Positions 40,550-53,444 of a stretch of DNA of 64,000 nt are shown one piece after another. A program made the translations under genes and the position numbers. Positions within the stretch are counted from its first letter, which is position 1. Every line of letters starts with the position of its first letter. The notes below the pieces were generated by a model. It was not told where the DNA came from and searched no databases. It saw only the letters and a list, made by a program, of their open reading frames with translations. The stretch comes from Nitrospirota bacterium (GTDB taxonomy: Bacteria; Nitrospirota; UBA9217), in the NCBI GenBank assembly GCA_963796285.1, contig CAWCKW010000012.1:1792001-1856000 (forward strand), in the 5' to 3' direction.

Positions 40550-41944
40550 CTATCGTTGCACCTTCTCCCGCTTCAACACCTCCCTTGCTGCAACCACACC
40601 TGAGATCGAAGCCTGTATCAGCCCTCGCGTCACCCCTGCGCCGTCGCCGATCGCAAATAGGTTTTTCACCTCGGTCTCAAGACCCTGCGTCAGCTTGATC
40701 TTCATGGAATAGAACTTCACCTCAACGCCATAGAGCAGAGTATCACCGGAGTTCACTCCAGGCGCCACATTGTCAAGCGCTTCGAGCATCTCGGTGATAT
40801 TATGAAGATGACGGTACGGCAGGACAAAGCTCAGGTCGCCGGGCGTTGCATCTTCGAGCGTGGGCCGCACCGAACCCTCGACAATGCGCTCCGGCGTTGA
40901 ACGCCTTCCCATCTTGAGGTCCCCGAGCCGTTGCAGGATCACCCCGTTGCCAATCAGGTTTGCAAGGCCGGCGATGTATCTGCCGTACGCGATCGGCTCA
41001 TCAAACGGCCTGGTGAAATCCGTGCTTACAAGCAGAGCAAAGTTCGTATTGTCCGTGGTCCTGCTCCGGTAACTGTGGCCGTTCACGCTGTATACTCCCT
41101 CGCTGTATTCCTTCACCACCTCGCCATAGGGATTCATGCAGAACGTACGCACCCGGTCGCGAAATCTTTTTGAGTAATAGATGAACTTCCCCTCGTACGC
41201 GATATCCGTTATGTCCTTCATGATATGCGCCGGGAGCTCTACCCGCACGCCGATATCCACGGGGTTTTTATGGACCGACAGCCCGAGACGCTTTGCCTCT
41301 CCGGAAAGCCAGGTCGAGCCTTCCCTGCCGGCTGCCGCTATGACGTAGTGTGCGTCAAATGAATTCCCGTCCTTCGTTGTGACGCCGGTCACCTCCCCGT
41401 TCGCCGCCCTGATCTGTTCTACCGGTACATCAAATATGATGTCTACTTTTCCGGTGAGATGTTCTCTGACCTTTCTCAGGACCTCCTTGCAGAGGTCCGT
41501 GCCGATATGGCGAATGCGCGCGGGGATCAGTTCGAGGTTGTAACCCGCGGCCTTTTTCTTGAGATTGGCAAGTGCCGCATTGTCCTCGCCATGCACCGCG
41601 CCTCCTGCGCCAAAGGACAGGTAGATTGCGTCCACGTAGTCTATATAGGTTGACAGTTCTGTTGCGGAGAGGTAATCCTTCAGCCACCCGCCGAATTCGG
41701 GAGTGAGCGTCAGCTTGCCGTCGCTATACGCGCCCGCCCCGCCCCAGCCGCACAGGATGCTGCAGAGGCTGCACTGTATGCAGGGAATTTCTGATTCGAT
41801 CATGGGGCAGGAACGTTGCTGAATATCGCTGCCCTTTTCAATAAGAAGGACCTTGAGGCCGGAGCTCTTGACAAGTTCAAGCGCCGCGAATATGCCCGCG
41901 GGCCCGGTGCCGATGATGATGACGTCGTAGGAGGAGGAAGGCAT
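40550..41944 (-). CDS. FAD-dependent oxidoreductase (COG2509-like)
   Basis: IIGTGPAG, GWGGAGAYSDGKL, RTFCMNPYG and GDGAGVTRG motifs. Confidence 0.88.
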   Translation of the reverse strand: MPSSSYDVIIIGTGPAGIFAALELVKSSGLKVLLIEKGSDIQQRSCPMIESEIPCIQCSLCSILCGWGGAGAYSDGKLTLTPEFGGWLKDYLSATELSTYIDYVDAIYLSFGAGGAVHGEDNAALANLKKKAAGYNLELIPARIRHIGTDLCKEVLRKVREHLTGKVDIIFDVPVEQIRAANGEVTGVTTKDGNSFDAHYVIAAAGREGSTWLSGEAKRLGLSVHKNPVDIGVRVELPAHIMKDITDIAYEGKFIYYSKRFRDRVRTFCMNPYGEVVKEYSEGVYSVNGHSYRSRTTDNTNFALLVSTDFTRPFDEPIAYGRYIAGLANLIGNGVILQRLGDLKMGRRSTPERIVEGSVRPTLEDATPGDLSFVLPYRHLHNITEMLEALDNVAPGVNSGDTLLYGVEVKFYSMKIKLTQGLETEVKNLFAIGDGAGVTRGLIQASISGVVAAREVLKREKVQR

Positions 41945-42226
41945 GGCTTATTATAGCGCCTGATGAGACAAAAATCAATTTCACCTGTCACGAACGCGCT
42001 CGTATCTGTTCGGTTAGCGTAGATTTAAATGCAAAGAGATTGCAGAGTGGTTGCGCAAAAACAAAAGGGATTCCCGGATATGTTAATTGTGTAAGGGAAG
42101 TAATCAAAGCGGGAAATATTTCTCCCGCTGGTCGAAATGACAAAACGAAACTATCGTTGTGACTTTTGCAAGAGACTCCGCTTTAAAACACATCTGCGCC
42201 CGCAGCTACCCACTCAAGCTGCCGGC

Positions 42227-43189
42227 TTACAGCATGTCTGACAATGCCATATTTCTCATCTTTGTCTGCTTCCTGATTTTGTCGATTGCCTTCTCCTCGA
42301 TCTGTCTGACGCGTTCCCGCGTGAGACCGAGCCGTTTACCGATACTGTTCAGGGTCCACGGGGAATCATCATGGAGACCGAAACGCAACTCGACGACCCT
42401 GCGCTCCGCGTCGTTGAGTTCGGATATCCATTTGTCGATCTGCTTACGCCTGCTCATGGCATCACACGTGCTCTCCGGAGACGGGGCCAGGTCGTCTGCG
42501 ATATAGTCCCCGAGCGTCTCATCCCCGTTATCCATGACGATAACATCAAGCGAATGAGTATCCCGCGAGACCTGTGAGTACATCCGGACCTTCTCGATGC
42601 TGACGTGCATGGCTTCAGCGATCTCTTCGAGATGCGGATTTCGTCTCAGCTGCTGCTTCAATTTTTTTTCTGTGAACGAATACCGATATACTTCCTCGGA
42701 AACGTGCACAGGCAGACGGATGGTCCTGACCTTATTCACGATGGCCCGCTCGATCGCCTGCCTGATCCACCACGTAGCGTAGGTACTGAACCGGAAACCG
42801 CGGTTATACTCAAATTTTTCAACTGCCCGGATCAACCCGATATTTCCTTCTTCGATGATGTCGGAAAAGGGCAGTCCCCTGTTGATGAACCGCTTGCCGA
42901 TGGATACCACTAGCCGCAGGTTGGATTCGATCATCTTACTGCGCGCTTCCAGGTCGCCCTCTGAGACCCTCTTTGCAAGCTCCTGCTCCTGCTCGAACGT
43001 GAGCAGCGGCATCTTCCTCATTTCCTTTAAATAGAACGATATAACATCGGAGGCCCTCGACGGGGATTCCTTCTCTGCGCGGCCAAAGCGAACATCAGCT
43101 GCTTCCTCTGTTGAACTCTTTCCGTCATACATATCATACGAAAAATCAATATCATTTTTGCCTTCAATAGCCTGATGAATTGCGCTCAT
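42227..43189 (-). CDS. RpoS-like sigma70-family sigma factor
   Basis: [39 protein letters not shown] and [10 protein letters not shown] motifs; no region 1.1. Confidence 0.9.
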   Translation of the reverse strand: MSAIHQAIEGKNDIDFSYDMYDGKSSTEEAADVRFGRAEKESPSRASDVISFYLKEMRKMPLLTFEQEQELAKRVSEGDLEARSKMIESNLRLVVSIGKRFINRGLPFSDIIEEGNIGLIRAVEKFEYNRGFRFSTYATWWIRQAIERAIVNKVRTIRLPVHVSEEVYRYSFTEKKLKQQLRRNPHLEEIAEAMHVSIEKVRMYSQVSRDTHSLDVIVMDNGDETLGDYIADDLAPSPESTCDAMSRRKQIDKWISELNDAERRVVELRFGLHDDSPWTLNSIGKRLGLTRERVRQIEEKAIDKIRKQTKMRNMALSDML

Positions 43190-43343
43190 TGTTTTCTCCT
43201 TGCGTAATAACGCTCATGATGGGTACTGCGCTGCCTAAGCTGCCGGTTTAAGTAATCCTCTTTTTCACAAAAGGCTGCCACATTCTTGAAGAGAGCCGGG
43301 ATGAACGATCTGATTACCGATTATCGTTCCCGCTGCTATTCTC

Positions 43344-43778
43344 TCACATGATCACGCCGTTTCCTGCGGATTGTTGCAGCAGTGGGTGGTTGCTCTTAAC
43401 AGTATCGATCGGTTCAACGTTCAGGGCGCACGCTATTTTGTCTGTGAGCTGCTCAAAGAAAAAGGGTTTTTCGATACATTCTGATACGCCCAACTCACCA
43501 AGCTTCTCCCTTTCGTCCTGGCAGCAGCGACCGCTCATCACAAACAAGGGGACCTGTGGACAGACCTTGTTCCTGTGGTTGATCACCCCGTAGCCGTCCA
43601 TGACAGGCATCTCCAGGTCCGTCAGGATAAACGCGACTGGCAGGGAATCCATCATTGTGATACCTTCCCTGCCGTTTCTCGCGATAAGAGTATTACAGTC
43701 CTTCAACTGTTCGCCGATCACAGCGGCCAGCGCATCCAAAAGTAGAATGTTGTCATCAATGAGAAGAAGGTTGTTCAT
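43344..43778 (-). CDS. Single-domain response regulator
   Basis: LLLIDDN, LTDLEMPVMDG and EKP motifs. Confidence 0.85.
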   Translation of the reverse strand: MNNLLLIDDNILLLDALAAVIGEQLKDCNTLIARNGREGITMMDSLPVAFILTDLEMPVMDGYGVINHRNKVCPQVPLFVMSGRCCQDEREKLGELGVSECIEKPFFFEQLTDKIACALNVEPIDTVKSNHPLLQQSAGNGVIM

Positions 43779-44217
43779 AGTCGTACTTTCCCGGCGGGTT
43801 CGTCCGGTTATTGTCATTGGAGAGCGCATGCTGCACAATCCGTTCTAACTCAATTTTTTTTATCGGCTTGTTGACAAACTCGAATGCGCCAAGGCTGATC
43901 GAATGCAAGTAGGTCTCGATGTTCGCATGCGCAGTGATCATGATCACCGGCAGACTCGGACGCAATTGCCTCAGCTCAACAAGGAAATCGAGTCCGGATT
44001 TGCCGGGCATTCGATAATCGGTAATGACCAGATCGACCGCAGTATTGTTCCGGATCAGTGACAAGGCGGAATCTACATCCCCGCGGGCTATCACCCGGTA
44101 ATCCAGGTCTATCAGTATTTCACAGTAGTTTCTGACATTCTCCGAATCGTCATCAACTACAAGAATGGTTTTTATGCTTTTCTTCTTTTGCGCGCATGCA
44201 GACACAGCCGGCACCAT
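43756..44217 (-). CDS. Single-domain response regulator
   Basis: ILVVDDD, ITDYRMPGKSG and NKP motifs. Confidence 0.85.
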   Translation of the reverse strand: MVPAVSACAQKKKSIKTILVVDDDSENVRNYCEILIDLDYRVIARGDVDSALSLIRNNTAVDLVITDYRMPGKSGLDFLVELRQLRPSLPVIMITAHANIETYLHSISLGAFEFVNKPIKKIELERIVQHALSNDNNRTNPPGKYDYEQPSSH

Positions 44218-44262
44218 GAGTTACCATGAACGGAATAAAATGAATGATGTTAGAAGCAGTAT

Positions 44263-44278
44263 AGCAAGACTGGTACCA
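44263..44278 (-). promoter_or_regulatory. Sigma54 (-24/-12) promoter
   Basis: TGGTACCAGTCTTGCT (GG-N10-GC) 45 nt upstream of the 44217 start. Related motifs TTCATTTTGAAC, TTCAGTTTGGAC and ATCATATTGATC at about 44344-44388. Confidence 0.6.
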
Positions 44279-44426
44279 GATCTGAATAGTGCAGAGAATA
44301 AAGGGAATAGCAAAAAGAGCAGACAGTGGAAAGCAGAAGACTCTTCATTTTGAACGGTTCAGTTTGGACAGATCCGATCATATTGATCGGGTGCGGGTAT
44401 GATCGGAGCTTACAAGGAATGCTTCT

Positions 44427-45756
<1,330 letters not shown>

Positions 45757-45770
<14 letters not shown>

Positions 45771-48144
45771 AAGATCCCTGCGGAAGCGTAACAGTCACGA
45801 CGGTCCCGATGTCCTTCTTGCTTTCTATGGCAATGGTGCCGTTCATCCTGGTGATCATTTTCTTGACGATAACGAGCCCGAGACCCGTCCCGGTCGCCTT
45901 GGTCGTGTAAAAGGGTTTGAACAGGTCCTTCACCTTGTCCTCCGGGATCCCGCATCCATTGTCTTCCACCTGGATGAGGACCATGTCGTCCGGCCTGGAG
46001 ATGCGCATGGCGATCTTCGGATGGTCGCGTTCTCGAACAGCATCGGTGGCATTGGTGATAAGGTTCAGCAGCACCTGTTGCAGCGCCCGCGGATCGGCAT
46101 ACAACCGGTCCGCCTGCGGGTCCATCTTGACTTCGAACGCGATGTCCTTTTTCTGGAAGCCGTCTTTCACGAGCGGCAGGAATTGTTCCATGAATGACGT
46201 CATCATCAGAGTCTGCGGTTCCTGGGTCTCGTACATGTTGAAGCTCTTGAGCGAGCTCAAAAGAAATTCCACACGCCCGATCTGGCCCGCGATCCGGTCC
46301 AGATAGTCCCTGATCGCATCCTTGGTCAAGTCCGGCAGTTTGTAGCTCAGGATGCCCAGGATCATATTGACCGCGTTGATGGGGTTCCCGATCTCGTGCC
46401 GGACACTGGAAAAAATATAGCCGATGCTGTCCATGGTACTGACCGACTCGGCAATGGCCTCGAGCCGGAGTTTCTCGGTGATGTCCCTTTTCAGGGAAAC
46501 ATAATTCAGGATCTCTCCCGAAGGGCCCTTCACCGGAGATATCGTGCACTCTTCGTAGTACAGGGTCCCGTCTTTCTTCTTACTGACCATCTGTCCCCGC
46601 CAGACTCCGTCACGCAGCATCGTTTCCCTGAGCTCCTGGTAGAACTGAATGCCCTGCTTGCCGCTGTCCAGCACGTGCAGCTTGCGGCCAAGCAACTCAT
46701 CCTTCGTATACCCCGTTAACTGCTCGAATGCCGGGTTCACATACTGGATCAAGCCCAGCGACGGCTCGGTGATGACAACCCCCTCGGGCGTGGATTCCAC
46801 GGCGGAAGCCAGCCGCGCTCGTTCTTCCTCAATGCTGAACCGGTAGACCGCCTCGCCGATGATATGCCCCAGATGTTCAAGGAATTCCACGTTTTTGAGC
46901 GGCGCCAGGCCTTCCCGCTGATCGGCAAGATGGATCGCCCCAAGCGGCTGGCCCCGGTATCGGATGGGGATGACGGCAAGGGATTTGAAACCATTCTTCA
47001 TGCACGTGCCGCGATAGTGCCTCTTCTCATCATCGGCCAGATTTTCAACGAACTGAAGCGAATTATTGGAATAGAACGAACCGTTCATTGTCAGGGAGGG
47101 AAGGTCCGAAGACTCCGGCATTCCCGCTACGATCCGCGTACAGATGCAATGGTCCCCGGCCAGCGACAGCTCGTTCTCCTGCTTCAGAAACGCCTCGCCA
47201 TACCCCTCGCACGCCTCGAACGGCGCCTTCTTGTCCGGAAGTGCGATCCGCACCCCGACACTGCGGCAGCCGCTCCAGTCGCTCAGCAGACCGCAGACGG
47301 CCTCCAGATATTCCTTGCGCGTGATCTTGAAGGTAAACAGCTTGAGGAGCGCGTTCATGATGTCCGTGCGCTTTTGGGTGTCCCTTCGCTCGGTGATGTC
47401 GCGCGCGATGATGCTGAGCATGGGGTTGCCTTCCCTGTCCCGAAACAGGACAGAGGATATTTCACAAGGGACCGCCGTTCCATCCTTTCTGATAACATCA
47501 ACCTCGCCGCGGGTCCTTCCGGTTCGCTCACGCTCGGTGATCAGGGATGCGACGTAAGGGTCCGCCTGATTGACAATGGCTGATCTGCCCGCCCGGCAGA
47601 TCTCCTCCTCGGTCATGTCGAGCAGATGACGGGCAGCCGGGTTCGCCGACACAATGGTCCCATCGGGTTTCATGAGGACAATAGCATCAAGACTGGAGTC
47701 AAACAGCCGGTGGTATTGTTCCTCGCTCGCCCGCAGCTCTTCCTCGGCCTTCCTGCGCGCACGGCGCGTGCCGGCTTCGCGCAGTTCCCGTTCCACCGCG
47801 GGAACGAGCCTGGATAGATTGCCTTTGATGATATAATCGTGGGCGCCCGCCTTCATCGCCTCCACGGCGATGTCCTCGCCGATATTGCCCGACACGATGA
47901 TGAACGGCAGGTCCAGTCCGCTGTCCTTGAGAACGGCCAGGGCATCGAGTCCGCTGAACGTGGGAAGGACGTAATCCGAGATGACGATGTCCCATTCCCG
48001 GTTCGCGAGCGCGGAGCGCATGGCTTCAGGCGTCTCGACGCGTTCATGGGCCGGATCATAGCCGGCGCGCCGCAGTTCCCGCAGCAGGAGCAGACAGTCT
48101 TCCTCGTAATCCTCTACGATCAGTATGTTAAGAGGCTTGGTCAT
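45757..48144 (-). CDS. Hybrid kinase REC-PAS-GAF-PAS-HK
   Basis: ILIVED...ISDY, VRHEIGNP, NATDA and GTGLGL motifs. Confidence 0.9.
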
Positions 48145-48153
48145 ATGTTGAGA

Positions 48154-48245
48154 AGTTGCAGGTTTCAAGTTTCAAGTTTAAGGTTCCAAGTCTCGGGTTT
48201 GCAAACTTGAGACTTGAGACTGTTTTTATTCTGAGACTTGAGACT
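48154..48245. repeat. Inverted heptamer array (GTTTCAA / TTGAGAC), empty
   Basis: GTTGCAG GTTTCAA GTTTCAA GTTTAAG GTTCCAA GTCTCGG ... CTTGAGA CTTGAGA .. CTGAGA CTTGAGAC. Confidence 0.8.
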
Positions 48246-48248
48246 ATT

Positions 48249-48680
48249 TTACGGCGATTCATTCAACACCAGCCAGTACAGCCCCAGCTGGTTTACGGCT
48301 TCGGCGAACGAGTTGAAGTCCACGGGTTTTCTGACGTAGCTGTTCGCGCCAAAATGGTAGCTTTCGACGCGGTCCCGGTCCTCGCTCGACGTGGTCAGAA
48401 CAACAACGGGCAAAAGCTTCGTCCGCTCGTCTTTGCGTATGCGCTGAAGCGTCTCGAGGCCGTCCATCCTGGGCATCTTGAGGTCCAGCAGCACTACCTG
48501 GGGCAGGACCTTCGTATCGCGGCCCGCGTACTTGCCGGTCCCAAACAGGTACTCCAGTGCCTCAACCCCGTCCTGCGCGACCACCACCTCATTCATGATC
48601 TTGCTTTTCTTGAGGGCCCGGAGCGTGAGCTGCACGTCGTCGGGATTGTCCTCGGCTAAGAGAATGACTTTTGTCTTCAT
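48249..48680 (-). CDS. Single-domain response regulator (Rcp1-like)
   Basis: ILLAEDNPDD, LLDLKMPRMDG, VLTTSS and GANSYVRKP motifs; GGAGG RBS. Confidence 0.92.
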   Translation of the reverse strand: MKTKVILLAEDNPDDVQLTLRALKKSKIMNEVVVAQDGVEALEYLFGTGKYAGRDTKVLPQVVLLDLKMPRMDGLETLQRIRKDERTKLLPVVVLTTSSEDRDRVESYHFGANSYVRKPVDFNSFAEAVNQLGLYWLVLNESP

Positions 48681-48759
48681 GAGACCTCCGTGAATAGTTT
48701 TCACTTGTAAGTCGCAGGTTTCAGGTTTCAAGTTTCAGATTGGAGAAACAGTTGATAGT

Positions 48760-49173
48760 GTCACTTTTCACATATTGACCTCCACATCGCACCTGAAGAA
48801 CCCAAAGGGATATGAGTCATGAATCCACTGATCATTTTACAGGATTTCGAGACGTATTCACTTGTGAGCAATCTTTCAAAGTCTCTTTATCTAGATATTC
48901 TTGATCAACGGCTATATAAAGTTGAGCTTCACTCATCCCGAGCTGAACCTTTTGCTATCGACAGAAATTGTCCGAGTATCACCGTTTCCGCACCGTTCAA
49001 AACTCTGCGATATTCGACATAACTGACGAACTTGCATTGCGTATCTGATCGCGAAGCCTGAAATCTTTTGAGATACAAGACCCCTTGCTCGGTAATGCAT
49101 AAATATCCTTGCGTCTCTTCACGGTGATTTCTGCCAGGCGTTGATTTCTTCAAATCTCTGATAATGTCGCCAT
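48760..49173 (-). pseudogene. Four-helix-bundle protein (23S rRNA IVP / TIGR02436 family), many indels
   Basis: Manual frame-jumping: MAT.QRFEEINAWQKS...SKDFRLRDQIRNASSSVMSNIAE.FER...QFLSIAKGSA...QLYIA.DQEYL. GAGGAG RBS; 3' end approximate. Confidence 0.75.
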
Positions 49174-49202
49174 GTCTTCTCCTCTAATTTGAGACTTTAA
49201 AT

Positions 49203-49226
49203 CACGCAGGCTGAAGCCTGAGCTAC
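49203..49226 (-). repeat. GTAG-type REP
   Basis: Minus strand reads GTAGCTCAGGCTTCAGCCTGCGTG. Confidence 0.6.
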
Positions 49227-49258
49227 CAATTGACAACCTTTGCAGCTTGAAACAGTCT

Positions 49259-52200
49259 TTACCCCAGCGTAAAATAGACCGTCGTTCCCTTGTCCGTTTC
49301 GCTTTCGATCCACACCCGGCCGCCGTGGCGGTTGATAATGCGCTTGACCGTGGCAAGGCCGATGCCGGTGCCGGGAAATTCCTCGATCTTGTGCAGCCGC
49401 TGGAAGGGGCTGAACAGCTTGCCCGCATAGGCCATGTCGAACCCCACGCCGTTGTCTTTCACATAGAATGCTTCGGCATTCTCCCTGTGGGCGACGCCGA
49501 ATTGTATCACACTCCGGCTTGCTTTTTCACTAAATTTCCATGCATTGGAGAACAGGTTCTCAAGCGCCACGGTCAGGAGGCGGGCGTCACCGTATGCGGT
49601 AAGGCCGTCGGCAATGTCGAATTCCGCGGACCGCTCGGGGTGGCTTTCCGCGAGCCTTCCCGCAACGTCCTTCGCGATGACGCTCAGGTCGACACGTTCG
49701 CGGTTCATTTCGCTTCGGGTGACGCGGGAAAGTTTGAGGAGATCGTCAATGAGGTGCCCCATCCGCACGGTGGCATTCCGGACGCGGTCAAGGTAGCTTT
49801 TGCCCGTATCGTCCAGCTTGTCCACATAATCTTCGAGAAGGGCGAGGCTGAAACCCTCGATGCTCCGGAGCGGGGAGCGGAGGTCGTGGGACACCGAGTA
49901 CGCGAAGGCCTCCAGTTCCTTGTTCATGCTCTCAAGCTCGGTCGTGCGTTCGATCACGCGCGCCTCGAGCTCCTGGTTGAGCTTTTGGATTTCCTCCTCG
50001 GCCTGCTTGCGCTCGACTATTTTCCAGACCGAATCCATCAAGAGCGTCATTTGGTTGGAGTCGCTGTGCGTGTACTCCGCGGACCTGTTGGCAAAGCCTA
50101 CAACCGCAACGATGCGGCCTTCGCTGAAAACAGGGACACTGAAGAAGCGAAGCAATGGCGCGTGGCCTTCCGGATAGCCCTTCTTCAAGGGATGCGGAGC
50201 GGCAAAATCATTTACGATGATGGGCGTGCGCTGCCTGACCACTTCGCCCCAGATGCCGGTTTTTTCGAGCTTGTAATCTGTCTGCGGGTTGGCGATCGTG
50301 CATTCAGCCATCACGTCCTTTGACCAGGCGTGAAGGATAAAATCCTGAGTATCTTCACGGTAGAAATAGAGATAGCCGAACTTGCTGCCGGAAAGAGCGA
50401 TCGCCTCGTCAAGCGCAAAATCCAGCAGCTCCCGCATCGATGCCGCGGGATATTGCGAAATCCTTAAAATACTTTCGGTGCGCGCCTCGTCCTGCCTCGC
50501 GATGTCTTCCGCCTTCTTGCGCTCGGTGATGTCGCGGGCGGCGGCGAACACGCCGATGACGTTCCCCGACTCGTCGCGGTAAACCGCAGCGTTGTACAGC
50601 ACGGGGGTAAGATGTCCGTCCTTGTGCCGGAGTTCGAGGTCGTAGTCCTTGACCGAGCTTTCACGGAACACCTGCTGATACCCCGCGCGCGCTTTTTCCG
50701 GGTCCGTGAAATAGTCGGAGAAATCGGTGCCGATCAGTTCTTCGCGGGACCGGCCTGTCACGGTTTCCGTGGCAACGTTCACGTCAGTGATCTTGCCGTT
50801 CGCGTTAATGGTCACCAGCGGGTCGAGGCTGGCTTCGAGCAGACTGCGGTTGTAGACATTGGCCAGCCGAATGGCTTCCGCCTGCTTGCGCTCGGTAATG
50901 TCCCGGAAGGCGCCGATGACCTTTACGACCCTGCTGTCCTCGCGGATGGCCTTGCCCACGGCTTCCACCCAGATCAAGCGGCCCTTGGCCGTGACCAGCT
51001 GCAGTTCCAGGGAGAAATCCTTCCCCTGCTCGATGGCCTCCTTGACCGCGGCACTGATGAGCGGCACACTCTCGGGCGCGTAGAAGTCAATGGCCGTTTC
51101 CACCGTCGGCGAGAACTCAGCCGGCGACGTTTCGTGGATCCGGTAGGTTTCCTCGGTCCAGTAGAGGGTGTTCTTAACCAGGTCCAGTTCCCACCCGCCT
51201 ACGCGGGCGATGGCCTGGGTTTCATCGAGCAGGGTGGCCGTTCGCTGCAATTCCTCATTCGTCTTCTTGCGTTCGTCGATCTCTTTTTCGAGATCAGCAT
51301 GGGATTCGCGCAATTTTTCCGTCATCGTATTGAACGAGCTGGAAAGCCCGGCGAATTCATCTTGTGCGCCATTTCCGACCCGGTGGCTCAGGTCGCCCGC
51401 GGCAATGGCTTCCGCGCCTTTTTGCAGGGACAGTATCGGTCCGGTAACCGTTCTGGAGATCGCCAGCGCCGCAAGTGCCCCGAAAAACACTATAAAGATA
51501 CCGATGGAGATCACGAGAATCAGCAGCTTCCGGACAGGGGCGAATGCTTCCGATGCATCGATCTTTGTAACCAGCCCCCACCGCAAAAAGGGAATATAGC
51601 GCCACGAACCCAGCACCTCGTTGCCGCTATAATCATACGTAATGCCTGAACCGTTTTCTCCCTGGGCCGCTTTTATCGCCGGGACCCCTATCTGTTTCCT
51701 GCAAAGAAACGACCTTTTTTAATGCCGCGTTCGGATCATGCCGCAGGGGACTCAAAAATAATATCTGGTCCCCTTCCTTTCTGGCAATCAACGCTTCCCC
51801 GGTTGTTCCCAGGCCGGTGGTGTCCTGGATAAATTTGAAAATGGGGACCATATCAATTTCAATGGCGACCGTGCCAATGAAAGCGCCTTGCAGGTCGCGT
51901 ACCGGAGCGATCCCGATCATTTCAGCGCGCCGGTCCTCTTCCATGCCGAAAAAGACATCGGTAAAATAGATTCCTTTTTTGCCTTCCTCAAAGAACGTCC
52001 TGTTTTGAAAAGGTTTGCCCAGTTGAGCGGCGGAGTGCTCGTTATTGCTGGCGTAAACGACCGTTCCCCGCGCGTCCGTGAGCATCACATCCAGATATCC
52101 AGAGGCCTGCTGAAACGTCTTGAGCTGATCGTCCAGGTCTTTCTTGGCCTTCACATATGCGGGGTCGGTACTATCGCGCTGCCGCGCGTTCAAAACAGGA

Positions 52201-52430
52201 AGGTTGCGCCTGATGTTACGGAAATCCTGGGCCGAGCTGAGGTCGGCCTGCCGCTCCTGAAAAAACGCCTCGATCTTGTCTTTCTTGAAGTCCGCGCTGT
52301 TGTTCAGCTGCGCCATACGGACTGTCTTCAAGATGTCCTTTGCGCGCGAAAAGACAAGAGAGCCGAACAGGACAAGCGGGACCAGCGTGAAGGCCATCAA
52401 TAAGATAATCAGTTTTGTTTTAATCGGCAT
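49259..52430 (-). CDS. Membrane sensor kinase Cache-HAMP-PAS-PAS-GAF-HK (frameshifted near 51620-51690)
   Basis: ORFs 51633..52430 (TM + periplasmic domain) and 49259..51616 (YSVSHDLRSP, NAWKF, GTGIGL). Confidence 0.88.
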
Positions 52431-52450
52431 GAGTTAATCCTCAAAAAATA

Positions 52451-52544
52451 AGTCTCAAGTTTCAGGTCTCAGGTTTCGGGTTTCAGGTTTCAGATTTCAA
52501 GCCTTTGTTCGTAACTTGAGACTGTAAACATGAGACTTGAGACT
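52451..52544. repeat. Inverted heptamer array (GTTTCAG / TTGAGAC), empty
   Basis: Seven GTYTCRR-like units, 13-nt spacer, four ACTTGAG-like units. Confidence 0.85.
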
Positions 52545-52925
52545 AAATCCACCTTTCCAGCTCATTCCGTATATGCTTCGTGAATTGGTCCAGGTCCACG
52601 GACTTGTTCAGAAAACTGTTCGCCCCGTTTTTATAGGAGCTGCCTTGTCCGATTCGAGGTCCGAGTGCGTAACAATGATCACGGGTATCGGGCGGAGGCG
52701 TTCATCAGACCGGATCTCGCGCAGGACGTCGAGTCCATCCATGCCCGGCATTTTCAGGTCAAGCAGGATCAGCGAGGCAGCGCGCATCTCCGCCCGGAGG
52801 AACGCCAGGCCCACCTGGCCGCTCGGGGCGGATTCAACCTTGAGGTGTCCCGGCTGATTTTCGTCAGGACCATTTTCGTCGAGCAGGATATCGTCTTCAC
52901 TGTCGTCGATGATGAGGACGCATTT
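52543..52925 (-). pseudogene. Response regulator, multiply frameshifted
   Basis: NKCVLIIDDSEDDILL...LILLDLKMPGMDG...IIVTHS; start codon not visible. Confidence 0.75.
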
Positions 52926-53030
52926 GTTGCGGATTGCGGATTACGGAATTTTATCGGATTGCGGACTTATTCGTCATTGCGGAAAGCGGGAATGCATGCG
53001 GCAGTTTATGAAGCTGTCATTATTGTTCAT

Positions 53031-53389
53031 TTACATTGTCCTTGTTGCCGTTTTGATCGATGAAACTGTGATTGCCAGCAACTCGTCGGCTTCCTTCATG
53101 AGATCTGCTGCATTTGGTGATATTACAATGCCGGAATCTATCAATAGCTCCATCCAATAGATGGATTCATCAGCCTCTTCCTCCATGAATGCCCATTTTC
53201 GCTATAAAATCCGCTGAAGAACGCGCCCTGCATGCCGCCCGATAATTATGCTCCAACCGATGTCCCTGATCGTAATCAATTGTCTTCCAAGAATATCCGC
53301 TGTCTTTCCTTTGGGAGCGATTAAACGCAAATTGAATCACATTCCGAAGCAAATTTCTTCGTCCGTTTTCTCAGATCGTCCTTGTTCAC
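53031..53389 (-). pseudogene. Four-helix-bundle protein (TIGR02436 family), several indels
   Basis: VNKDDLRKRTKKFA...TADILGRQL.RSGTSVGA.NYRAACRARSSADFIAKMGI.EEEADESIYWMELL...MKEADELLAITVSSIKT. Flanked by TTGCGGA (52926-52966) and TCCGCAA (53405-53431) arrays. Confidence 0.82.
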
Positions 53390-53444
53390 ATTCTTCTCCG
53401 CTTTTCATTCCGCAATCCGAAGATCCGCAATTGAACCAATCGCA

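Noticed and set aside
43200-43330. Riboswitch or sigma54 promoter directly upstream of the sigma gene
   Set aside because: Lacks the c-di-GMP-I GCAAA motifs, and the TGGCA motif has the wrong -12 spacing.
48154-52544. Heptamer arrays as CRISPR or simple VNTRs
   Set aside because: No spacers and no cas genes; units are degenerate and arranged as inverted arms.
48760-53389. Diversity-generating retroelement (Avd-like genes)
   Set aside because: No reverse transcriptase and no TR/VR pair seen in the window.
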